From sequence record NC_042116.1: a stretch of 64,000 nt of DNA. One strand, 5' to 3'. How positions within the stretch are numbered: position 1 is the stretch's first letter; each line of letters begins with the position of its first letter. Shown here piece by piece: positions 30,801-39,413 of this stretch. The notes under the pieces are model-generated. The model made no database searches. It saw only the letters and a program-made list of their open reading frames with translations, and was not told the origin of the DNA. Made by a program: the position numbers and the translations under genes.

Positions 30801-33800
30801 AAAGTACTGATCCAAATGCAGTTCCAAATTTTGCATTTTTTGTGCTTGGAGATACTGAAATAAAATCACCTACTGCTGGATTTGTAGAACTCCAAGATAT
30901 AAAATCTTTTCCAATTACTGTCCAATCTTGTGTTACACCATCATCATTAACATCTTCAAAAATCCATCCATTATCTTCAAGGTATTGACCATATCCACAT
31001 AAGAATGTATATACTTCTTGGAAAGTTTTTAATAATGTTCCATATTCATACGATTCATATTCATTTAAGTAATCACTATAATGAATTACTGAACGCTTAC
31101 CAACTGTAACTGATGTTCTTCTACCAGTTTTATTAGGTAATTTATAAGTTAATGTTGCACCTACTAAATCATAACCACTAATAGAATAACCAGAACCAGT
31201 CCATTGAATTTTTATTGCACTCATAGTTTCATCACGGAATGATGAACTCTTAACTAAACCAATATGTTGGTTCTCTTGTGAAATTAATCCAAATGAATCA
31301 GAACTAAATGTTAGCTGATCTTCTTTAGTATATCCACCAATTCTATGTCCTACATTTACATATGATGAACGTAAAATATCACCATAGTTAGTTGTAACAT
31401 TTTTATTTTGGTATATTAAATAATCACTTACCCATGTTTGATATCCTAGTATACGTTGATTATTTTCAGAGTTAACTAAAGTAGTACTGTTAAAGTTTAA
31501 ACGTAGATTAGAATCTCCATATAAGAATTGTTTTCCATCATTGGTAATAGTTTGTATAGTACTTCCTTTTGTATCATAGAAGTAGTTTGCAAATTGTCCA
31601 GGTTTAGCACGTAACAATGCCATTGCATTATCATATGCGTACATTACTGTATTCATATATGTGAATTCCATGTCACCCATGTCACCATATGACCAAGGTT
31701 CACTTATATGATTTAATGCTCCACTAACTAATCCTAAGACTTCTGGAGCAATAAGAGTTAGTTCACTTATTTCTTCACCATCAGTTGCAAAGTTTCCAGT
31801 ACCAGTTATTTTAAATGGTTGTGTACCAAAACGTTTATATCTATCATACTGACCAGCACGATTACCATGTAAAATAGTACCAGTACTAGCATCACCTTGT
31901 AATCCGGTAGTATCCCATAATCCACTAGGAACTAAATCACCATGTTCATCTGTTACATATGCTTCATATACATAAACATATTCAGATGTACCTTGGCCTA
32001 ATCTAACTTTAGTAGGTTCATATTCCTGATTGAACCAATCTGGACGTTGTGAGAACCCAAACATTTCCCAAGGATGGGTATGTGGGCGATATGTACCGAA
32101 CATGTCAGTATAAATTGCTCTCCATGAGCCACGAGCTGGTATATTAGTAGGTTGACCATCAACAACATAAGTTGAACCTGTATAGTTCCATGTCATCCAA
32201 TTAGATTGATCATAATCATGAGTACTGTTATCAATTCCATTGGTTGCAATGAAGTTTACATAACCACGCAATTCTAATTTTATATATTCATCTAAACTAT
32301 ATTCAGTATTATTGAAATATGGAGTTGGTGAAAGTAAATCTTTATCCATTGGTGGTTGGTAATCGATAGATTTAAATGTATTGTCTATACTATTAAAAAT
32401 TCTGTTCTCTAATTCATAGATAACATCATCCATTAGGTCAACACCGTTTATTACTCTATATGCTTTACTAATAATTCCCATATGGTCGATATTATAACAA
32501 CTCATTTCTCTACCTGCTTGAAGATAGGTAGATTTTTCTGGACGATATGCTTTTAACAATCCTAAAAATTGTGGAGTTGGTGGAATAAAGGTTTTAGTAA
32601 CAGTTGAATTAGAACCTACATTATCTAATGCAAATGGGAAAGAATTATCTTTACCTAAATTAATTATTCCAAAAATAGTATCAACAATATTTGATGCACT
32701 GTCAGTAATGAATGCTTCTGGATTTTTATTATATAAATTCATCATTTGTGTGTTGAATTTATTTTTAAATCTAAAATATTCATATTGAGTAAAGATAATT
32801 GCTTCAAATAAATCTAGATTTTCATTAGCACTGTGTAACATCAATGGTAATAAAGATGTTTCATTTTGAATAATTTTAGTACCAACTGAATTATCAACCA
32901 ATCCCAATGATAAACGTTCTTCATAGTTGTTTAAATCATTTACAGAACCTTCAGTTATGTTTTTACCAATTATATCCAAGAAGTGTGGAGTATAATAACC
33001 TTGATGAATAAAATCAATAAACTCATTATGTGGGTTATTTTGTAAATTAATTGGTATTTGATACGTTCCTAATTTTGGATCAGGAATTTTAGTTGGGCTA
33101 TATGTAACAATTTCAATAATACTATCTTCATTGATACTTACATCCGAATTAAACACAACATTTTGTACATTTCCATCAGAATTCAGTACTGTAGTGTACT
33201 TAAATGTTTTTTCACCATCAAAAAATACTTCTAAACTTTCAGACGTGTCTAATGGATTGATCTTTTGTGCCAATTCATATGTATGTTGGAATCTATCTGA
33301 TTGTACCGCATCATTTGTTGTTAAATTCCATTTCATGAATGTTGAATTTGTTGGTTTATAGTACTGATAGGTATTATCAGTAGATACAACATATGCATAC
33401 ATCCCTTCTATTGGATTTTTAAATGTATTCATTTCGTTAATAGTATTGAATACACGATACATTGACATTTTATCAACTTCTGGTACTTGTCTAACATATT
33501 GTTTAGATTGTTCTTCACTTCTTACCCAATCGGATTTAAGATTTTGTACTAAATCACCATCGGTATTTTTACTTATAACATTATAGAAATATAAACCTTG
33601 AATTTCTGTGATTGCACCTGCTTTGGAATAAGAATATCTAATAGTTTGTAAGAAGTTTTCAAAAATATAATAATTATAATCACTTAATTCTACATGTTTA
33701 TTGTAAATCTTATCTTCACCGTAGTTAAAATTGATTTTTAGACCAAATAAACTTGAACCGTTGAAAGTACTGCTAGGATATACGGTAGTGTTGTTAAGTT

Positions 33801-34881
33801 TGAAGCCATGTTTATCATATAATTGAAATAATGGGAACGTGTTTGTTCCAGGTTTAGCTTGAGCAGCTACCCAATTTCTACCATTCCAATAAACTGATGT
33901 ATTTCCATACATGTTACCACTTTTTATTAATATAACATCGCCATTTAATGGTTCACCTGTTGGACGTTCAGTTGTTTCTTCATCTTCGTCTAGTACTAAA
34001 CCATAAACTCTAGATCCATCAGACATTTGCTTGATGAAAACTTTATATATACGGTTATTTTCCCCAGGGTTACCAATACTGGTGAATAAAATTCTGTCCC
34101 CAGCTTGTAATATGTTACCATCAACACGAACATTATTACTAACATCTTTTTGTACTATATCTTCTGGCTTAACTGAATCAGAAAGATAGTCTACAACCCC
34201 ACGGAATTGAGTTCCGTAGTTCATTAATTCGATATTTGTATTAAATTCGATAATTGGTGCTTGTGCACGACGAAAACGACCACTTGTTGCTAATTGTTCA
34301 GTAACAATAGTACCATCTGGTAGTGATTGTCCAATTGTGTACCAGAAATTTTGCAATGACCAAGTATTACCATTTAAGGCACCTCTTTGCATTACTATAT
34401 AATCTGGTTCAATACCATATTCGTTTTCAGAATCCCATAGATAGGAGCTAAAATTTTGTAATTTGTTTGGATTTATCGGTGGAGTCCATGAGTAGAACTT
34501 ACCACTTAATAAACGTGCTTGGTTATCGGTTAATGCACCGTAATGCCCCAAATAACCAACTAAATCTGGATAGAATTGGATCGAACGAACACTTGTATCT
34601 GCATTTCTTGAAACATATGCAGTACTAAATTGATAATCCTGACGTTCTAAATCTAATTCGTGTAGGAATATCTTTCCTGCTGCTGCTGGTGAACCACGAT
34701 CACCAATATAACCATCAATGATAGTTTCGTCTGAAGGATTAAACCATTGTTGGATAATATCATCACAGAACATTTGAATTTGTTCTAGACCTTGCATCCA
34801 TTCAGGCAATCTCTTTATGAACAACTTCTGATTAACAGCTTCGGTTACTTTTGTAAGCTGAAATTTAAATTCGTTCGCCAT
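24862..34881 (-). CDS. Very large baseplate/virion protein (positionally gp7-like)
   Basis: ~3340-aa uninterrupted ORF directly downstream of the gp6-like gene. Start MANEF (34881) with GGAGA; late-like CATAAATA at 34920-34927. Confidence 0.6.
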   Translation of the reverse strand: MANEFKFQLTKVTEAVNQKLFIKRLPEWMQGLEQIQMFCDDIIQQWFNPSDETIIDGYIGDRGSPAAAGKIFLHELDLERQDYQFSTAYVSRNADTSVRSIQFYPDLVGYLGHYGALTDNQARLLSGKFYSWTPPINPNKLQNFSSYLWDSENEYGIEPDYIVMQRGALNGNTWSLQNFWYTIGQSLPDGTIVTEQLATSGRFRRAQAPIIEFNTNIELMNYGTQFRGVVDYLSDSVKPEDIVQKDVSNNVRVDGNILQAGDRILFTSIGNPGENNRIYKVFIKQMSDGSRVYGLVLDEDEETTERPTGEPLNGDVILIKSGNMYGNTSVYWNGRNWVAAQAKPGTNTFPLFQLYDKHGFKLNNTTVYPSSTFNGSSLFGLKINFNYGEDKIYNKHVELSDYNYYIFENFLQTIRYSYSKAGAITEIQGLYFYNVISKNTDGDLVQNLKSDWVRSEEQSKQYVRQVPEVDKMSMYRVFNTINEMNTFKNPIEGMYAYVVSTDNTYQYYKPTNSTFMKWNLTTNDAVQSDRFQHTYELAQKINPLDTSESLEVFFDGEKTFKYTTVLNSDGNVQNVVFNSDVSINEDSIIEIVTYSPTKIPDPKLGTYQIPINLQNNPHNEFIDFIHQGYYTPHFLDIIGKNITEGSVNDLNNYEERLSLGLVDNSVGTKIIQNETSLLPLMLHSANENLDLFEAIIFTQYEYFRFKNKFNTQMMNLYNKNPEAFITDSASNIVDTIFGIINLGKDNSFPFALDNVGSNSTVTKTFIPPTPQFLGLLKAYRPEKSTYLQAGREMSCYNIDHMGIISKAYRVINGVDLMDDVIYELENRIFNSIDNTFKSIDYQPPMDKDLLSPTPYFNNTEYSLDEYIKLELRGYVNFIATNGIDNSTHDYDQSNWMTWNYTGSTYVVDGQPTNIPARGSWRAIYTDMFGTYRPHTHPWEMFGFSQRPDWFNQEYEPTKVRLGQGTSEYVYVYEAYVTDEHGDLVPSGLWDTTGLQGDASTGTILHGNRAGQYDRYKRFGTQPFKITGTGNFATDGEEISELTLIAPEVLGLVSGALNHISEPWSYGDMGDMEFTYMNTVMYAYDNAMALLRAKPGQFANYFYDTKGSTIQTITNDGKQFLYGDSNLRLNFNSTTLVNSENNQRILGYQTWVSDYLIYQNKNVTTNYGDILRSSYVNVGHRIGGYTKEDQLTFSSDSFGLISQENQHIGLVKSSSFRDETMSAIKIQWTGSGYSISGYDLVGATLTYKLPNKTGRRTSVTVGKRSVIHYSDYLNEYESYEYGTLLKTFQEVYTFLCGYGQYLEDNGWIFEDVNDDGVTQDWTVIGKDFISWSSTNPAVGDFISVSPSTKNAKFGTAFGSVLSITQFNGGVWSLLDDTNTGIRPFEIDTSRIGNVFSVRIDDSSDKRMALLRVSVVAYEHAVIFDNRTIFGNDLYVPKYGSVHEMLKMYGYVTGSWNGRLEAKGFIILESGTLPNFEKLVDDFKHYYDNDNPVDNVTLRNLSRHVIGFQTRDYISQMITSDTSQVDFYKGYIRDKGTNQVFERVLRVSKSYNTDNYKALQEWAFKIGEYGNIYGKKHLQFQLINNEFAQEPQLFTFDQNATSDTDNNNIIYYGTQGVDSRWITRPLGQFAFPMRSGKSENINLPDIGPVTLNEVSYSTRDFTTAYVDRLNYINDTGNTPTSVWVLRDMDNNWNIFELDNTGITLESIIPIGDGENYPGNHCTLQLSAAHGMEDGDYFFFVDKSEYMPDLLKAETQYFTTGSDPTSFVIPLDVTNNISFTDGKPVLYRYINRFSSSADKDAYISKKYSFDAPESTLFVRPTTYNRTSNVTELYMNTFDPINGVIPGSIMADITYVSTVDPAKYNSEDEKTQAWGSEKVGLVWWNTTNAFFMDYTRPLYDGNGNVDITATNEYKRYNWGKLLPNSEINILEWVASPVLPYEWEKYCVRQSKLNKDSTAWVPSGEAVDDFYSEFQEYDDSTDSYKTVYYFWVKNTIYVPKVKNRNRPCNELSRTIQNPSLLNAPWFAPISQNSFIISGLQQDITDDKSILSITYQNNATEVVKHEQFQLCREGMDYNFNPIIWDSMWNSLMSQETLPNGTVQELHYPTNDTGILPNETWFKDVIEARRTFVDSANAIYKTVNMTTNTVVMNDVFNVKTEEQNPNLISFKVLNYNNELVINPSVDVFVENDAVLVSTNGTLPSPLNSTTVYFVHFDENNYIHLMNSPSTGGTAVYITLENRGEGQHKMIKQSDYIESLGTSLDMTQYWTLADWYDVGYSENTSYTDEVSIESANQKNYQEGDVIRITDADGTWTLYTKTLSRNVVIWQAVARQNSTVALNNQLYYGYEQYKSDGTLTNVEINVRKALALFKNSFYSYQSRLVFDMVHYVHTEQTVVDWVFKTSYIYVIGLEQSLQQNYVNDNLINQIVDYFEEVKPYRTKIRSQIEQKTSNTDEMNGLLNDLDPNGYVFVNGTWIKTQDDIWDVEYAQFNPITNKWEVHGSLPADFVYPNRRFQESYETLVYDNFQCTPDDNLGNRLVLEGVNNSFMTNANDILPAGSHYKLQRYSYTYPQIDYVSINRAVLSGMSAFYPDMDDNGEVQTEIDKQLKLLGTDIDATNLFESRLEQISKQTYESNSSVGIATQYNQYNTLANRRRLYTSLSNSSISQEMKCPFKGRVLNDNTNTRLPFGYSGSNWETYGYIMYSYALYEKYVDIVKNNNPTFTDSQINDYLMYEYGLYPWKYDLEEMDEDGNHIGKVYLDTLYVLTSMRNLYNPDNLDQYEISKQILALPTVDMYCMVMIPRKMAYVLNVDTREFLTVPSDVSLKDFMELAFISGDVVSLAEPNLNDLPLDINSPLYSNIQNVITGMNNLQYYDDMNAFDSLGLESQTQDMVYFASGVVNLTQDPIFVDVTDINPLGLDAAQMRFTVNGYSYDTSGNTQLRSQGNFQIEGLVLQNPYNRKEAIVSIPRYTQAIEYMSRNLISKNEINYSYQVKDVINTTGTIRLVQKNDFKVGEKVMVFTPETEDYDILMLDNTWNTILPVNNIKNGTRPRIFTVSAVNGDTIRIGGLNFNSTYDSQSDILMDSGKAISINIVRITSFTDNEFVSNGVNLYSTERSYRISILDYDLFYDRMLISNQYTDNYTDDDYDNWYVSNEIVDINGTEVDHGFYSPIYGKGVLSELVNTKMDDSLQIFVYEYNVSEINPVKSGNTWSYSSALIDNVYIDSNNASLVVAYIDTIEKREFVVKPLAISQATILDGVMNITPSNNDYIIAVSSELVELRNNNHMARGIHGTVENNFVLGTTYTEQAVVLGLEDNMEVYRNNYPQIPLDTFSTGLVVSGSQIGQLL

Positions 34882-34935
34882 TATAATCTCCAATAAAAAA
34901 TTCTTTTTCTCATTTGTTTTATTTATGGAAGAACA

Positions 34936-34957
34936 AAGGGCATCCTAAGATGCCCTT
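34936..34957 (-). terminator. Intrinsic terminator
   Basis: AAGGGCATC-CTAA-GATGCCCTT. Confidence 0.7.
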
Positions 34958-34960
34958 ATT

Positions 34961-37900
34961 TTATTTTCCAATATTAATGTTGCTTTTTGCTAAAGAGTTA
35001 ACTATAATAACGTTATCAACTGAAGCAGTGTTAATAAAGAGTTGATCTGACTCACACGGAATTTCAAACAGCTCTCCAAACTTAGAACTTGGATTTTGTG
35101 GAACAATCACCACAGATGCAATCTCTGTACTTAAATTTATATGAATATAAGTTGCTAATTCAGTAAAATAGAAGCTTTCACCAAAATCCCAATTATCAAC
35201 ACCAAAGAAATCATTAGTAATTGATATAACACGTTGTCTAATTTCATCATCACTCAATGTACTGTTAGGTAATTTAATAACTTTAAAATCAGCACGGTAA
35301 TCTGCATCAGCAGTATCACCAAATAATTTAAGATAATTCGCACTATGCCATATAGTACTATCACTTATGACAATTTTATTATCTACATCAACAAACATCT
35401 CTTTTAATTCAGTACTTGTTGGTGGTTTAGGGAAATCTGTACCATTTGCTTGTTTTAACCATATATCAACTTCAGTTTTATATGAATTAGTTAATACATA
35501 CATATCAATTAAGTTAGTTTTACTTGGATCTATTCTATTATCATCTGGTGCATAATGTTTCCAATGATAATTCAATGCAACACGTGCATCTTTTCGTATA
35601 AAGAATGAAGTACTAACATCTTCATATCCATAAAAATCTAATTTAACAGTTTCATCTGCATTTTCATCACTCATATTAACTATTGCTCTAGTAAATGCTT
35701 CTTCAACAGTTATTGGTCTTTCATCAGATGGTAAAGTCATATTTGATAAGAAGTTATTCAATCTATCATTATTATTTCCAACAGTTTGTTTAATAAAATA
35801 GGTTGAACCATTATATTCATATCCAATTACAAATCCAGAACCTTTAGAATATAAATCAGTCATTGAAGTACTTCTAATATTAACATTACGCAATAAAGCT
35901 GCTTTTCTATATGCAACAACTTCAGTATTTGCTTGTGCAGCAGTATAAATCCACGAAGTATCTAATAATGTAAACGTATTATTTGATGGCTCTATAACAT
36001 CAATGGTAAAATCGGAATTTTCTTGGAAGAAGATCCACTGTTCGTATTTTATTTTGTCTTCACCAGTCCATTGTGGTACAATTTTTCTAAATTGATTTGG
36101 ACTTAATGGAATACCATTGGTGTCCCGTTCTGAACTAGTAATTATAACACGAGAACCATCAATATATCCATTTTCCTGATTAACAGTTTTAATTATTTGG
36201 AATGATTCATCATTAGTATAACCAGAATTATTAATAAAATTAGTATTGTAAGATAATACAACGATTTTATCAGATTGAACTGTTCCAGTACTAATATCAC
36301 TTATATTTTCAGTACTAACAAAATAAAAACGAACTTTTTCACCACCAACAAAAATATAATCCACTCCATTTGAAACAAAATCCCAAGATTCAGAAGTATA
36401 AGAAGAATTTATTAATATTGGATATGATACGTTATTATAAACAATAGTATTAGTAGTATAAGTTCCTTCTATTGGAATCCATGTCAAAGTATTAGGATCA
36501 TAAATCAAAACGAAATCAGTTTTCTTATCTAAAGTACTTGCTATAGTTTGTACTTCAACATTAGAAAATTTTACACGGAATGGTTTAATAAACTCAGTAC
36601 ATAATTGATTACTACCAATTGGTAATGATAATACTAGAAAATCACCAATAACATCTATAACTGATGTCCATACATCAACACCAGCAGATGTTGAAAAATT
36701 CAACAAAGTACCAATATCATATATTACAGGAATACCAGAAGATATCAATCTACCATATGTATTAGATGTATAACTAGAATTAAATTCAGGTGTCCATTCT
36801 TGATTAGTAATTACAGAAACTGTATTTGATGGAAATTCTTGATATAATTGAATTACAGAATTATCACCAATCAATGGTTGAATACTATCAATAACAATTG
36901 AGGTATTAGATTTCGAAGAAGGTAATAGTACTGAATTTAATGATCTAATTTCTTCTCTATAAACACCACCATCATCAGTAAAGATATCAGTATTTTGATA
37001 TTTTCCAGTTGGGTCGTTAATATCTATAAATCTTGATTGACCTGAATATATTCTATTAATTGCTTTAGCTTTAAGTACTGTGTTTCCCAACATTAAAGGT
37101 GCAATATTATAATCTTCCCCATTCACAAAACGGTTTTGAGTATAATATAATTGTGGTGCACGGTCTTTAATTTGTTCTAATGTTTCTCTTGATTGAGCAC
37201 GTGAAGATTGGAATTGTAAGCTAAATTTAATATCCAAAGTACTACTTTCAAATTCAGATTGTGAATCTGTTCTATATACATATTTTATAGATTTATTTTG
37301 AATATCAGTAGTTTTTATTGTGTAAGTTTCTCCATTACTAACTCTATACCATATTCTATATGACCCACGTGGCACTTGTCCACTTCGAGCATCAGGAAAT
37401 TTAAGTGTTATTTGGTCATTATCACGAGTTGTTACTGAATAAATATTTTTCAATCGACGGTCAACTGAGTTATATGCAATTGATTCCATTGCTGGAACTC
37501 TAGTCCATTTTGTTCTAACTAAACCGTCCTCTGTAATTTCCTGTACCCATACGTCAATTTCATTAATATTGTTTGTATCAATATTTTGTACACGGTTTTC
37601 TATTCTCTGGTCATATTGGAAATCACTGAATGTTAAATTTCCTTGTTTGAAATATACAAAAAAACCAGTATTTGGTGATTCAAATCCATTACCATCATTA
37701 CTATATATAATATGTTTTTGTTCTTGTGGCTGTGGATGTCTTTCTTCAGCTACACCAGTACTTGATAAATCAGGATTAACAACTTCAAATGTTACTGATT
37801 CACCATTAATATTTGCAGTGAATGGAATATTTGGAGAACTCATTGGTATTGTATTCATTCTATATAAATGATTAGTTATACCATTTACTGTTACTTTTTT

Positions 37901-38422
37901 GACTGGATATCCAAATTGGTTAGTATTAATTAATATACTATTCATTACTAATATAAAATTTTCATACCAGTTATTATCACTTTGGTCATTCCAACGTATA
38001 GTTTGGTTTTTTAGTGAAGTACCAAAACTATTTTTAATTTCTTGGTTAGTTTTAACTTCAGTTACTTTAGCAAGTGCACGGCCTGGATATGCACGTTTTG
38101 GTGCATATGAAATCATTTTTGCTAATTTCAGTACTGAAGCTCTACGTTCTGCTGTATCTAAAAAGTTTTCTCTACTATTGAGATCCATTCTAAATGCTAA
38201 ATTCTGACCTATTAATGCAATTGTATCTAAAATAAAAATGAATTCATCATTTTCAATCCAGTCATTAAATGAATCAGGATAGGTTAATCTTAAGTAGTTA
38301 ACCATACTTTCACGTATTGTATCAAAATCGTATGCAGTAAGATTGATTTGAGCGAAAGACTCATAAACTTGTTTCCAATCTTCAGCAGCATACAAATTTG
38401 ATTGTCTTTTTTGTTGTGCCAT
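34961..38422 (-). CDS. Baseplate wedge protein (T4 gp6-like)
   Basis: DFDTIRESMVNYL, RENFLDTAERRASVLKLAKMISY, QNRFVNGEDY. Start MAQQK (38422) with GAGGTG. Confidence 0.8.
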   Translation of the reverse strand: MAQQKRQSNLYAAEDWKQVYESFAQINLTAYDFDTIRESMVNYLRLTYPDSFNDWIENDEFIFILDTIALIGQNLAFRMDLNSRENFLDTAERRASVLKLAKMISYAPKRAYPGRALAKVTEVKTNQEIKNSFGTSLKNQTIRWNDQSDNNWYENFILVMNSILINTNQFGYPVKKVTVNGITNHLYRMNTIPMSSPNIPFTANINGESVTFEVVNPDLSSTGVAEERHPQPQEQKHIIYSNDGNGFESPNTGFFVYFKQGNLTFSDFQYDQRIENRVQNIDTNNINEIDVWVQEITEDGLVRTKWTRVPAMESIAYNSVDRRLKNIYSVTTRDNDQITLKFPDARSGQVPRGSYRIWYRVSNGETYTIKTTDIQNKSIKYVYRTDSQSEFESSTLDIKFSLQFQSSRAQSRETLEQIKDRAPQLYYTQNRFVNGEDYNIAPLMLGNTVLKAKAINRIYSGQSRFIDINDPTGKYQNTDIFTDDGGVYREEIRSLNSVLLPSSKSNTSIVIDSIQPLIGDNSVIQLYQEFPSNTVSVITNQEWTPEFNSSYTSNTYGRLISSGIPVIYDIGTLLNFSTSAGVDVWTSVIDVIGDFLVLSLPIGSNQLCTEFIKPFRVKFSNVEVQTIASTLDKKTDFVLIYDPNTLTWIPIEGTYTTNTIVYNNVSYPILINSSYTSESWDFVSNGVDYIFVGGEKVRFYFVSTENISDISTGTVQSDKIVVLSYNTNFINNSGYTNDESFQIIKTVNQENGYIDGSRVIITSSERDTNGIPLSPNQFRKIVPQWTGEDKIKYEQWIFFQENSDFTIDVIEPSNNTFTLLDTSWIYTAAQANTEVVAYRKAALLRNVNIRSTSMTDLYSKGSGFVIGYEYNGSTYFIKQTVGNNNDRLNNFLSNMTLPSDERPITVEEAFTRAIVNMSDENADETVKLDFYGYEDVSTSFFIRKDARVALNYHWKHYAPDDNRIDPSKTNLIDMYVLTNSYKTEVDIWLKQANGTDFPKPPTSTELKEMFVDVDNKIVISDSTIWHSANYLKLFGDTADADYRADFKVIKLPNSTLSDDEIRQRVISITNDFFGVDNWDFGESFYFTELATYIHINLSTEIASVVIVPQNPSSKFGELFEIPCESDQLFINTASVDNVIIVNSLAKSNINIGK

Positions 38423-38454
38423 ATGTTTATACACCTCATATAATAATATAGTAA

Positions 38455-38462
38455 TATTTATA
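38455..38462 (-). promoter_or_regulatory. T4-late promoter TATAAATA (perfect)
   Basis: Upstream of the gp6-like gene, after a hairpin at 38471-38491. Confidence 0.7.
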
Positions 38463-38489
38463 CAAAAAGAAAGGCACCCAATGGATGCC

Positions 38490-38879
38490 TTATGCTGCAT
38501 TAATAAATGCCATTCGTTGTTGCGATCTGTTGTCAAATACTAGAGATAATGTTTCAACTGTTTCTAATTGAACATATCTTAATCTCATATCTAACTGATA
38601 ACCATAAGCAACATTTTGTACTTGAATTGATATCAACAATAATCTTGGATCTTGTGATACTATATTTCTAGCATCAGCTTCTAATAACTGTGCATTACCA
38701 GGTCTATCTAGCTCGAATAATAAATCCCAACCAATAAAACCATAATCAACATCCATGACCCTTTCACCCTTTCTTGTATTAAAGTGATTAATAAGATCTT
38801 GTTTTACCAATTCAGCATCGTATAGTACTACAGTTTTGCCAACTATTGGAGATGCAAAACCTTTAAATGTCACAGCCAT
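38490..38879 (-). CDS. Baseplate wedge protein (T4 gp25-like)
   Basis: VKQDLINHFNTRKGERVMDVDYG...DPRL gp25/GPW motif. Confidence 0.85.
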   Translation of the reverse strand: MAVTFKGFASPIVGKTVVLYDAELVKQDLINHFNTRKGERVMDVDYGFIGWDLLFELDRPGNAQLLEADARNIVSQDPRLLLISIQVQNVAYGYQLDMRLRYVQLETVETLSLVFDNRSQQRMAFINAA

Positions 38880-38889
38880 ATTTTATTCC

Positions 38890-39378
38890 TTATAGCGATT
38901 CAACAATTTTTGCTAATTTCTCAGCACGTGATGTTGTTTGTTTATACCATGCAGAATTTCTCATTCCTGCTGCTGCACCTTTATAATCACCACGACCCAT
39001 ACATGAAAGAGTATTTTTGAATTGTGATACTTTACCTTTACCCATTTGGAATACCATTTGAGTTAGTACTTTTTGTAATTCAATTCCACCAGTCATATTA
39101 TATTGTTCGTATAATGATTTTGCATCAGCAACTTTAGAAGCTAAATCCTTAGCTAATAGTTCATTTGCTTGGCTTTCGGTTAAACCTGTTTTAAAGTTTT
39201 CACCTTCAGTTAATAAATGTCCATACCCAATTGTTGGATATCCTAAACTATCTTTATAAGTCCAAAACTTATTATCCTTATAATAACCCAATTTAGATTG
39301 ATAAGATATAGTTCCTTCATATAATTTAATATCACTTAATAGATTAGGATCAGAACTTTTTAAAACCCAATTACTCAT
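38890..39378 (-). CDS. T4-type (GH24) lysozyme
   Basis: YEG...YKDSLGYPTIGYGHLL, MVFQMG, SAWYKQTTSRA; own late-like promoter AATAAATA at 39411-39418. Confidence 0.88.
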   Translation of the reverse strand: MSNWVLKSSDPNLLSDIKLYEGTISYQSKLGYYKDNKFWTYKDSLGYPTIGYGHLLTEGENFKTGLTESQANELLAKDLASKVADAKSLYEQYNMTGGIELQKVLTQMVFQMGKGKVSQFKNTLSCMGRGDYKGAAAGMRNSAWYKQTTSRAEKLAKIVESL

Positions 39379-39413
39379 AATAATTACCTCCTATTGATAA
39401 TCAGTACAAGTAT

